Source: Leucoraja ocellata
Taxonomy: Eukaryota
Direction of reading: 5' to 3'
Assembly (NCBI GenBank): GCA_036785375.1
Contig: JAWMAR010000079.1
Location: forward strand, 2,170,001-2,234,000
Length of the DNA: 64,000 bases
This document shows, piece after piece, positions 11,563-23,199 of the stretch (position 1 is its first letter; the number at the start of each line of letters is the position of its first letter). The notes under the pieces were generated by a model, which did no database searches, was not told where the DNA came from, and saw only the letters and a program-made list of their open reading frames with translations. Made by a program: the position numbers and the translations under genes.

Positions 11563-13424
11563 TGAGGCAGTATGTGCAGAAAGAGAAACGTGGTTAATTT
11601 CGCTTCTTCAGACCATTTATCAAGACATCAATCTAAAACAATAACTTCCTCTTTCCACACATGCTGCCTAACCATCAATGTAATTCCAGCATATTCTGTT
11701 TTTCAACCAGAGTTAATTGTAGCCCAGTCTTGTATCTGCAGTTGTCAGCCATCGCAAAAAAAAATGTTTACATTTTATTACAAAGGTACAGTATGTATAT
11801 TTTATTTACTTACAGGATGGAGACATCACTAGCAGAGATTCCATTAATAATTTGCATAGGTCCTTTACCCATCAGAAGCATTAAAGTATTTTGCATGTAC
11901 AGGTATTGCATTACTTTGCAATTTAATAACTTCCTGTCAAAGAAACATAACAGGCAATATTTAAACGGCAAATTCCCAGTAGCAACAATCTTATATTGGC
12001 CAAATTACTGTTTAGGTGATGTTGATCGAGCAGGGCACCAGAATAGTGCCCTGATATCTTCAACATGTAACCTCAGTGTAAAGTATAATCCAGAAGCCAA
12101 TTTCTCTAACAGTACTTCTTAAATACTACAATGAAGTGCCAGTTGGAGCTTTAAGCTAAAGCCTTGGAGTTGAAGTTGAACTTACAACCTTCTACCTTCA
12201 AAATCCAACTGCAAGGACATGTCTCTAAGAATATCACTATTGATTTTGGTTTCATGGTGGATTACTTGCATAAGTTTGCACCTTCCATTCCTCCACCAGA
12301 GTTTGAAGGGAAGGTCTGCCCAGATGCATGTGAAACCAAGAATATCAAAAAATGTAGAACCTTCAGAGCCTATAACTGATAATCATTGCATTTCTATGGT
12401 CCATGAAAGCTATCCGTGGAGCAATACAATCAGCCCCTTTCCCCTGCTCAATACTTGTACCCCTGCATATTTATTTCCCACAAGTGCCAATCTTAATTCC
12501 TTTCAAATCATTGATTATTGGAACTCGTGGACCACATGTTGCGATTCATTATACTCACTGCATACATTCTTTCCTGAGTCCATCTGACCTCTTGCCCAGA
12601 AACTTACATCAACTCCTCTTAATGCCATCAGCCAATGCGAGCAGTTTTTCCATGCCTAAATCACTTAAATTTACCATGATCTTGTGCACTCTGACAAACA
12701 CCCCACACAACCTCTTTCACTCCAAGGGCAGTTATCCCAGCTTCTTCAATCTAACCCCATCCCTGGAACAATTCTGGTAACAACCTCTCAAGGACCTTAA
12801 CATTCTTCCTAAAGTATGGCAACCAGAAGTAGATGCCTATCACACTGCTATGGCAAACACTGCAATCTCAGGAATGCAGTGCCAGTGGAAATTACCCATA
12901 TGCACAGCAAGGATACTTCTCTCAATGTGTCACACCAAGAATAAGAACAGATCATGGTCTTTGTTGGGCTATTACTGATTTAATAGCCAGAATTGGCACA
13001 GCCGCCACCTTAAGAACCATAATACCAAAGTAGGTTTTTTTTAATTCATTTTTTGGATTTGAGTATCACCAATAAAGAGAATGTTTATTGTCCATTATTT
13101 GCCTTTAAGAAGATGGTGGTGAGCTTCACCATTGAACCACTGCCGTCCTTCTAACGAAGCTGGACCCATAATGTTATAGAGTTCCAGGATTTATAACCAT
13201 CCCCGATAAAGGACCAGTAATATCTTTCCAAATTAGGTTAAAAATCTTGGAGAGGAATCTGCAATCCCTCGTTCAAATAGCTTTGATGTGGTAAAGCAGT
13301 ATATCACCACAATTACTTTTGTTGAGTGTGAATGACATAGATTTCATCAGGTGGCCACAATCAATATTTTGAATGCTTAACTGGAAATGATGCGGCCACT
13401 TCTGAATGTGATAGATTCACTTGT

Positions 13425-13742
13425 AGGCAGATTCTTCCCCATCCTGGATCAGTTCAATCGGGGTTGTGTCGTCTGAAAACTTGAGAAGCTTGACAAAGGA
13501 GTGAGTCAGTGGAGGTGCAGTCGTTGGTGTAGAGGAGAGGGAAGAGTACGCAGCCTTGCGGTGCTCCTATGCTGAGGGTCTGCGGATCCGAGATGCGCTT
13601 TCCCAGCCTCACATGCTGCTTCCTGTCTATCAGGAAGCTGGTGAACCACTGACAGAGGGGTTCAGGCACAGTCAACTTGGAAAGTTTGGAGTGTAGTAGC
13701 TCTGGCACAATGGTGTTGAATGCAGAGCTAAAATCAACAAAT
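13425..13742 (-). mobile_element. Rex1/Babar-type LINE reverse transcriptase fragment
   Basis: Minus strand gives VDFSSAFNTIVPELL..LCQWFTSFLIDRKQHVRLG..GAPQGCVL..YTNDC, then after a frameshift LLKFSDDTT..GEESAY (RT core motifs). Confidence 0.88.
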
Positions 13743-16419
13743 GAAAGAGAGCTGGTAATAAGATGTGAGAGTACAGAAAATGATTCCAGAGGAATTATAG
13801 ATTGGTGCAGTAAATTTTAATTGTCCAAAATCGTCAGAAAAAAAAGCTGAATTCTATAAATCTGAAATAAAAATGCTGTTTATCGGAAACTGATGAGCAC
13901 AATTTGTCTGGAAGGCTGTGATGCCCAGTTGGAAAATACAGTGTTTGCATTCATTGAAAAGTGGAAATAGGATGAAGAATTAAGGCAAAAGCAACAAAAA
14001 ACACTGGATCTTATTTGTGGACAGAAGATAAGTGTTCCACAAAGTGGTCATCCAATTGTTGGGGATGAATTGGAAGAAGTACGATTACATTTCTGCTTCA
14101 GCTGGAAAGGAGCACAGTACACAGGGAGGATGTGGAAGACCAGGTGGTGCTGGTGTTTCTTCTGCAATTGCATAGGAAGAGGAGAGAGAGACTAGTTGCA
14201 CTACTGCCTCTTGAGGTACTTGACCTTTTAAAATATAAAATGGGGAAGAAAAGGGGTGGTCTTTGAAATGACAATTGTTGAATATCAAGAGTTGTGGTGG
14301 AAATCAAATCCTGTCTTTGTCCTTGAAGTGAGGAGAAAGAGTTAGCAGAATAACTTATCTTAGAACTATTTACCACTTAACAAACATGGATAATAGCAGT
14401 TAAAGATAATAACTCAGCTCCACCCATTCCAGCAATTAGGTATGGGTAGCAAACTTGAACTTGTCAATGATGCTCAGAACTGAAAGCAAGCAGAGACAAA
14501 GCAGAATAAAAGGATTTAAGGAGGGAGTTCCTACAAAAACCAAAACGAATAAATTCAGGGCTCAATGAATGATACTGGCACGAGAGCATGAAATATATCT
14601 CAGGAATCAAAGGAAGAGTTTAAAGAAGTGGGGTAATGACTGGAAGAAACCCTATAACTGTTCTTTATAGTATCAAATAATTATATTTATTGATGTTTAT
14701 CATGTAATGGGGATATTTCATTAATGTTGGAGCTTGTGTCACCGTAATATTAGGATAAAAACAGCTGTTTGCCTCTGGGAGGCTAACATTCATTAGAACA
14801 TTCAGCAATATAACAGCTAATATTACAATAGAAAGTTATACATTTCCTCTTTTCCATTTTTATTTGTTTTAGTCATCCATAAACGTTAATTATGCAGATT
14901 TTTTGTCAGTAATCAATAGTGTTAATCCCATGTAGCAGATCCAGATGGTAGATTGAAACGTGGGTCCATTGTTAGAAAAATGCCCAGTCATGACACCTCC
15001 TCTACTAACCCACCAGTCGCAATCCATTTAATTTCCATATTTGGATCAACTTCAGATTTTCAATTATTTATCAGACAAGTGGGAACTGGGTGGTGCAGTG
15101 GTGTTGGTGGTCTTTCATCTTTATACCCAAGTTTGAATCCATCACAATTCATAGGATTAAAGTCTCTTCTGCTTGTAGAAAAATAAATTCAGGCTGTTTC
15201 AACACAGACCAACTCCTAGTAAGAAAACATTTGTCACTTTTCAGCATCGCAGTTTTAATCCAGAAATGTATAGGGTGTCGATTATGAGGGATGGATCACA
15301 ATGTTGTTCTGGTGCAGTAGCACATACTTGTCTGAGACGATTGGGGAAGGGGAGGGGGGATTGGGGTAGGGTCAATACTCTGCATTTTCCACTTCCAGAA
15401 ACTTAAACAGTCTGTGTCTGCATCCAGCAAGACCAGGATGTCATCCATTCACAGGTTGATTAGTGACAAATAATATTGAGACTTTTTATATGTGAGAAAA
15501 TGAGTGTGTCCTTACACATTTCCTCTTCACACTCAATCGCATTGCTGTTACACTCCACCACCAACCCTTCCTCCATCCTATCCCAGCACCCTGGGGAGTT
15601 TATCGCTGAACAGAAAGCTACATAAATACTGTAACTGCAAGGACAGATGTGAAGGTGGGTGTTCTGCAGCTACCGATTCTCCATTCTCCAAAGTCTGCCA
15701 CCTACTAGGCTTAAGTAAGAAGTGTGATGCAATGCTGTCCAGCTATCTGGATTAGTGCATTGTACCTTCCAAGAAGATTGGAGGCCAATGGTAGGCTACA
15801 TCATGAATGATTAATATCACATGCACCACCTTAAACATCATTGCTTCTGCCAGCAACATAACAGGGCTACAGCTACCATATGATATCCCTCAGGATATTT
15901 TATTTGATGGTGCACCCCATATTCATCATCCTGAAAACTTAGAAAACAGGGGAAGCAAGTGCATGGAATTACCTACCTCAAATTTCTCCAAGTCAGTCAA
16001 TTGGACATTTACCTATTTTCTTTCCTTATTGTGTAGTGCGTATATTGAATGAGCTGCCAGAGGAAGCGGTAGAGGTAGGTACAATTATAATGTTTAAAAG
16101 ACATTTGTACAGTTTAAGAGGGATATGGGCCAAAAGAAGGGACTGAGACTAGAAAAGGTGAGGGAATCTTAGAAAATAATTTTGTCAGTTTTGTTTATGA
16201 CATCCCAAATGGCTAGATAACTGGGCTACCTGTAGTAGATACAAAATAAGAGATGAAGAACTTTCCATGTTTGCTTCTTTGGAAATTCTTCAATATGCCC
16301 CGCCATCTCACATCCTGGAAGAGGGTAAAGTATTAGGTAGTACAGGTATTAAAAAATTTGCTTCAGCGTGTTCATGGAGATTTCATAATTCCTTGCCTCA
16401 CCCCGAGTACTCTGCTCCA

Positions 16420-16870
16420 ATACCCCAGTTCTCACTCTGACCGATAAGTCAGTAGAGCTGAGAGGTCAACCAGCACTTCAGTCAACAGTTAGCTTTCCAA
16501 CCCCACTACTGAGTTTAGTGCAGTATAAAGGAAGTAGCCGTACTGTCAAAGGCCGAGTGGTCAACTTCTGGTCCTATTTCTTATTTTCTGTCTTTTCTCC
16601 GGGGCATTAAAATATCAGTTGGCGCAATTTCAAAGGGGAGGTATCTTGAGACCAAAATTCACCCTGCAATCAACATCGCCAAACATATTTTTCCCAGGCT
16701 AGGGACGTGAAATGTTTCCTTCTCCAGATACTGCCCGACCTAGTAAATATCGCCAGTAAGTCTGGTTCTTTATCATAATACACATTGTTAATCCATTATC
16801 ACATTTCTGACTTCTGTATTGCAATTACTTCCAAAAAAAAAGTGGTTGCGTGCTTTGGGATGTGAAAGGG
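16420..16870 (+). mobile_element. Degenerate Deu-domain SINE (SacSINE1/AmnSINE-like) remnant
   Basis: Resembles the Deu-SINE layout from memory (..TAAAATATCAGTTGGCGCAATTTCAAAG..CAATCAACATCGCCAAA.. and tail TTACTTCCAAAA..GTGCTTTGGGATG). Related sequences occur at ~46130, ~61800 and ~53850. Highly diverged. Confidence 0.45.
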
Positions 16871-17134
16871 ATGAATCCAATGTTGTAATGGGTTGGACCT
16901 GCGCGGACTGAAGCGGAGTATCCGAGGCTGGAACCTCGGCGCTCAAGGGCGATCAGCGTGTCAGTGAAAACCCGATCCTCCAGTCCAACAGAAGGAGAGG
17001 CTGAAACCGTGCTAATAGGCACTTTGCGGCTTACTTCTTTGTATAATAATTTCTGCTACGCAAAAAAAAAATTGTGGTCAACGTTTGCAAGAAAATCTCT
17101 GGTGCGCTAAGAGTTAAGAAACTGGAAACCTTAT

Positions 17135-17250
17135 TTGCGCAACAATCAGTACAGATCTGAGCCGCGCCAAAATGTCTAGACTACCACATGATTACAGACA
17201 GCCAATGGCTGAGATGTAACCTAGGAGGCCCAGTGTGTTGTAAAGAGAGA
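17135..17250 (+). promoter_or_regulatory. SMAD6: SMAD6 upstream promoter module (Smad1/5 GC element + SBE palindrome + E-box + CCAAT)
   Basis: TTGCGCAA 17135-17142; GCCGCGCC 17161-17168; 5-nt spacer; GTCTAGAC 17174-17181; CACATG 17185-17190; CAGAC 17195-17199; CCAAT 17202-17206. About 850 bp upstream of the ATG in a CpG-enriched region. Confidence 0.7.
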
Positions 17251-18019
17251 GAGTGAGAGAGAAAATCCACACAGTGCAGTCTAACTGTCCGTACAGGGTG
17301 CACGGAGCGGACCCGCTGAATCTACTCTGCAACTCACTCCTGTCTATATTTGATCTTTTTAATAACTTGGGATTCTTGTATACGCCTGTAACTGGCACGT
17401 TGCATTGGTGGTCTGCAGTGTGCATTACTGGAAAGAATCGAAATTACTCAAGATCTCGCTTGCAATTTTTTTGGATCTATTACAGCGGAGGGAAAAGAGC
17501 ATTTGAAGACTGCAGCTTTGAAGAAAAATCAAGAGGTGTTTTGAGAGAGGGGAACGGGGGCCAGTACATTGGATAGGAATTGCAAATCCCGCAGAAGAAT
17601 TTTAAATATATATATTTCTGCCCTTTCTCTGTGCATTGCTTTTCTGGATGTGATAGTTTAGTGCGATTTTTTTGTATTGGTTACTGTTGCAATTTTTGTT
17701 TTGCAGTGGGTACTGTTGCAGATTTTTACTCCAGTACCCTTTGCACAGTACCCTTTTATAGCCGAATGTTGCAGATTGGTGAACTGTGTAGGTGTGATCT
17801 GGTCCCGGAGCTGCCTGGCTGTGCTGGTGCACGGCTCTCTCCCCGGCTTGATGCCGTCTGATCTCCCTTTTTAAAAATCCCCTTCCCTCTTTCCCCCTCC
17901 CACCCCCTCCTCCCAGGAAGAAGGCGAGAGAGAGAGGGGGGAGAGACAGGACAAGGGTGCTTTCTGAAGCTGCGGGGTTATAAATTGCACTCCCCGGATA
18001 TCGCGATTATAATCGTCGC

Positions 18020-18437
18020 ATGTTCAGATCCAAACGTTCGGGCCTTGTACGGCGACTTTGGCGAAGCCGGGTAACGGGGAGCAATGGGCAGGAGACGGAG
18101 GATTGGAGCGACCCGGCCGGATCGTTAAACGAGCTCAAGTCAGTAACGCATTCGCTGCTGAAGAGACTGAAGGAAAAGCCCCTGGAACTGCTGTCTCAGG
18201 CGGTGGAGAGCAGAGGCGGACTGCATACTGCTTGTGTCCTAATGGCTAGGAACGAAGTGAGGGTTGGCAAGCAGACCCTGGCCCCCCAGCTCTTGCTTTG
18301 TAGACTTTTCAGGTGGCCTGACCTCAAGCAGCTCTTCGAACTCAAGAGGCTTTATCCTTGCGAGGGTTTTTCCAGGAGCGCGGACCACGCTACTGTTTGC
18401 TGCAACCCCTATCACTTCAGTCGGCTGTACGGCCCAG
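18020..18437 (+). CDS. SMAD6: SMAD family member 6, coding exon 1 (N-terminus and MH1-like domain)
   Basis: [17 protein letters not shown] start (SMAD7 has MFRTKRSALV); [43 protein letters not shown]. Donor CAG|GTGAAC at 18438, phase 1. Confidence 0.96.
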
Positions 18438-20914
18438 GTGAACTTTTTAATCTTTCTTTCCCCCATCCCCCTCTCCCATTCACACATTTAAAATCCCCGA
18501 GGGATTCACCACCTTTGTGCAGTTGCATTCGTGTTAAGCTCTCTTTTGGAGAGAGCGGCGTGTTGTTGGGTGCCTCGCTTGCCACGGGGTTTCATTTTTT
18601 TTCGGCTAGAAGTTAAACAGCTACAGAACCTATCTTGGGGTTGCAAGTGAAAGGCTCCCATTTGAACCTCCACCACCAGGTTTTGAGAGGCCACGTGAGC
18701 ATCTCAGTGCCTGGGCGCCGAGTCTATTTATTTTTAGCACATGGACCTAGTATGAGCCAGCCCGCCACAAATGTCACATTTCTTTGGAAATGATTCCGAG
18801 CCTACAGTTTAACGTAAATTATGTGTCAGTATATTACCCCCCCCCTTCCGAAAAATACTCTAAGATTTATATGACACTCAGTCTCGAGGATCATATTTTC
18901 CATAGTTTTACAAATGCCATTTTGTGAAGTCAAAATCAAAATGTTTATTAAAAAAAAATAGGAAAAGTGCATCTAACAATATACAGTTTGTAGGAATGTG
19001 CATTTGATTTTGTAAACAGATTAGGATAAATTATTTAACGTACATAAATAAATGGGAATTTATCTCGTTTATAGGCCAGGCTATATTTCATTCACGAGAG
19101 CTGGAGTTTTCATTCATTACAGAGATGTACATTTCAAACCATTTGTAAATTGGTTGTCTGTCTCACTCATTCATCAGGTTTCAACAGATGTATCCCAGAC
19201 AGGTAATGACAGGGCTGGGCAACAGGTGAAACTTGATGTCCTTCGTCTAGATTAGAGGGGTATTTGGGGGGAGGGGGAGATGGAGAATGATATTTCGACA
19301 CTGGGCAATCTATGAAAATCTGATCACTCTGAGTGATTGAAATGAAACGGGGTATGCGGCCCCAGGCGTTTCAATACACTTTTTGTGCATTTTCTTCCCA
19401 CAAGCAACACTAAGACTGAAACCATGAAACTGTCAACAGCATGTCTTAATAAATAAATGTTTTAAAAAAATGTCCCAACAGACGGGATCTGGTGGGCTAC
19501 CTAATTTAATCTATGTCAACGCCTCGTCGGACCAGGCATTGGGTTTGCAGAGGTTTTCACAACACTGGATTAGAGTAGGATTTTGGTTTCAAAGTTTTTT
19601 TTTCCTGTAACCTTTATTTATTGCTTATGTGGAAAGGATTATTTTTATTTTTGTGAACACCCCAATATGCAATGACCTTGGTGAAATTTAATCTGAGTTT
19701 CAAAAAAAAAGAATATATTTAAGTTTAGAATTTAATTACTGACCATTTCATTATTCAAGTCACCATTTTACAGACGCTTTTAATAATATTTAAAAAATAT
19801 ACTTAATTTTCACAAGGCACATTGAGATTAATTCACGGGTGCTCTCCGCAATACTCGAGGATGTAAAGGGGTTCGAGTACTTGGGATATGCATGCCAACT
19901 AACCTGAAGATTGTCTATTCAAAAATGCCCACTCACTATCTCCATCCTTGAGACTCCTTAGTTGGCAGAAGGCGTGTTGGGTTGGAGGGTGGGGGCATGG
20001 CAAAGCGGGTTGCAAACGATTCATTTTTTTTTTAAGTCTCACCTTAAACCGTAACCCAGGAATACCAATAAGACGACCGATATATATATATATATATTGG
20101 GGCAGTTAATAGCGAACATTTATGTTTAAAAATCATGAGTATGTTATATTTTGGCCCAATATAAAGGAACTACTGTCTCTTAATAAAACAGCCTTGTCTC
20201 AAGTTCTGTTGCATTTTTACAAATAGCTAAGAATTACTGATGCGTGACGCGATAACCTTTTTATGTTACCGATTCAAGCTATCGGGCAGTTTGGACTGCA
20301 TTGTTAGGCGAATCGGCCAGTTTTAGGTCCTTGCACTCACATCGTGTACACGCAAATGTCGCTTTTTTTTAATGTGAAAATCCGATCATTTGAGTGGCAG
20401 TTATTTTCGTTTTGTTTCGTCCTTAGTACACTTGGATTTCTTAGTCTGTGAGAAGTGGCTAGGCTCTTTCACCTGGCCGCGCCTTTTCACGTGGTGTTCC
20501 CAGAAGCTCCCTTTTTAAGGAATTCCCCACTGTCTAAACGGTTTGTTTAAAACTCCCAATTGATTACCAGAACCCCAGCGAACGCGACTGAAATATTTCT
20601 CCTCTCCCTCTCTGTCTCTCTGTCCTTGTGGGAGGAGATCAGATCTGGAATCATCCCTTTGAAATGAGATCGATTTCAACTCGTTTTTTTTCTCCTTTTT
20701 TCCCCTAAGAAGTTCCAAAGCTATTTAGGTGAAGGAGTGGCAATAATATGCAGTTTGCATATGCCTGGCGCCAGCCTGGCTCCTCATTCATCTGACGACT
20801 GAATCTGGGCAATTACTGCATGCTCACTCTCCACATTTAAACCTTCAAGACGCAGGCAGGATTTTTTTTTCTCTTCACTTTTTCTTTCTGTAATTCCCAT
20901 GTCCTCGTTTTCAG

Positions 20915-20971
20915 ATTCTCCACCTCCTCCTTACTCCAGATTCTCTCCAAATGACGAAGAAAAGCCATTGG
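20915..20971 (+). CDS. SMAD6: SMAD6 coding exon 2 (57 nt, PY motif)
   Basis: Acceptor TTTTCAG, translation (D)SPPPPYSRFSPNDEEKPL, donor G|GTAAGT. Matches SMAD6 ESPPPPYSRLSPRDEYKPL; phase 1-1. Confidence 0.96.
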
Positions 20972-22013
20972 GTAAGTTTTAATTTATGAAATTAGAACGT
21001 TAAAAAAAGTTAGTGATAGTTTGCAAGGAAGTGAATGTGTCACTGTCCTACAATACAACATTTTTTTTGTTCCTAATGAACATAAAATATTCTCTGACTA
21101 AACATTTTAAATATCTTGTATGAAGTTAAGGATTTGGCATTGCCAGTGGGCACCTGCCATCTCAGAACCAGAGGTTCAGGGAGGGTTACTGGATTTACGA
21201 TGACTTTGTTTTCAGTTGTTTTTAAAACAAGGCTTTTGTTGTTATAGCAGTAATTTGGCTTGGAAAGATTTTAATTGGAATTAAATAAAGCAACTATGCA
21301 TTGGCTAGTTCAGCTGGCCCTTTACCATGACTTGAGAGGAAGCCCGTAGCTATCAGGAGAGCTTGTGAATTCTGCTGCTATTTTACATGGTGGCTTGCCA
21401 AACATTGAAGCTTCAGTGAGGCTGGCTGTGGTTGTGAATGTGTGGTGCTGAGGTTGCAAGCAATCAGTCAGCAGCCAAGCTTCAGTTTGGCCTGGATTAA
21501 ACTCTGACTATTTCATCATGAAAACATTTCCCAATTTGAATATTGTTCAAAGCAAAAACTTCTGATGAACATTTAAAAATGCACCTGAAGGAAAGTAATG
21601 CTCAGAGTGCACTGATATTTCCCCTGATGTTTTCTGCTCCCTGCATTAATCAAATGGTATTGAGGAGGACAATAACTACTTAGAGTTTGACCTTTGCTCA
21701 TACAGCTTTTGATGGCTCAGATCATGCAAGTTATGTTTGATTTTTCTGCTGCTTTACTCTATCTCTGTTCAGTTTGGATACCGTTAGTCTAAAACGAAAA
21801 ATATTATGAACTAAATGTGCGGACTTCCACATCATGGTTCCAACTGAAATTGTAACATAATGAGGGGGATTTGGCTTGTTTTTCATTTTGGTGCAGATGC
21901 TTTATATTATTGTGGGTTTTAAGAAAGGAGTTTCTTTAGAGATCTGCTGAGTACAATACTGTAGATATTTTACATGATGTATTGTTTTAAAATCTGTTAT
22001 TCTATTCCATCAG

Positions 22014-22082
22014 AATGCACAGTGTCCTACACGGAAACAGAAGCCACCGATTCCCCAAATATCACGCCTGGAGATTTCTCAG
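22014..22082 (+). CDS. SMAD6: SMAD6 coding exon 3 (69 nt, linker)
   Basis: Acceptor TTCCATCAG, translation (E)CTVSYTETEATDSPNITPGDFS, donor CAG|GTAGG. Matches SMAD6 STLSYTETEATNS..PGEFS; phase 1-1. Confidence 0.94.
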
Positions 22083-23199
22083 GTAGGCTGGCAGTTTGAC
22101 TTTCAGTTGCCAACATGGTGTGTATATTGTGTTAATGGAACGGGCATTGAGAAGCCTGTATTAAGATTGGTATTGTTGGTAGGGCAGTAATACTGTTGGT
22201 AGTGCTATTTTTCTATCTCCTTTGCAAATACTTGATTGATAATGAAATCTTCCAAAAATATTCACAACATTTCACCTGTATAAGAAGGACTGATATGTTG
22301 TTGACTCCGCATGTTAGCTTGAACTGATGATATGTGAAATCAGTTTAGATCTTGGATTTTAATATTGCGTTGCTTTGTACATGATGGATTGGCTGTTTTA
22401 TGCTTGCAAGGATGGTTAAATTGGGACTTCATACAAAGCTTGTGGATTGCTTTGTCCATATTACATTTTTATGTTTGTGCATTAATCTAATACATACCTG
22501 GAGCATACCTGGATTCACCCTGGATTCTTCTGCCAGCGGCTGACTTTTACCAATTTTATTTTGGGCGTGGCAGGGATGTCGCACTGCATGTCATGCCCTC
22601 CAGGAGAGATGTGCCAATGGAAATGGTGGAATGTGGTTGACTGCTCAGGCTATCACAAAATTGGCAAATCGCCACAAGGAGTAGAGCAAGGCATTTGGGG
22701 AAGAAATTATTACTGCCAAAAATCTGAACGCTGTGTGTTTTGCATTAATTGAAGTGGATGAGAGGAGTTCAAGCCTCAATTAGTTTTTTGATCATCTCCA
22801 AGCTGGCTCTCGGAGGAACCAAATGTGAGACATGCACCAAGGATGTAACAGCTGTGTGGAGGGGTAAACCTCCAATTGTTGCTTGTAGTTTCATTGTGGC
22901 AGTTAAAACGGTGTTGAGATTGATCAGAGGAACTCATTCCTTGACTGATTAAATTGTTTAAACAAAAACAAAAAATGCTGTAAACACAGCAGGCCAGGCA
23001 ATATCTATGGAGGTGGAAACAGAGTTAAGATTTCAATCATTGACCTTTCAGGTATTTTGCTTTGGTAGTTTTGTGTAAATTGGCAGCCAAATAAGTATTT
23101 TCTCCAGTGGGGGAGGAAATACCTCTTCATAAATGTATAAAGCTAATCCCCAGTTATTCACATGGAAAAAGTGGCATACTATGGAACTTTGAGGATAAG

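Noticed and set aside
18438-18616. C-terminal 59 aa of the 198-aa ORF (GELFNLSF...SARS)
   Set aside because: Read-through into intron 1. SMAD6 homology stops at the GT donor at 18438 and resumes in exon 2.
18020-22082. Assignment as SMAD7
   Set aside because: The N-terminus [10 protein letters not shown], the 57-nt exon 2 and the SYTETEA linker all match SMAD6 rather than SMAD7.
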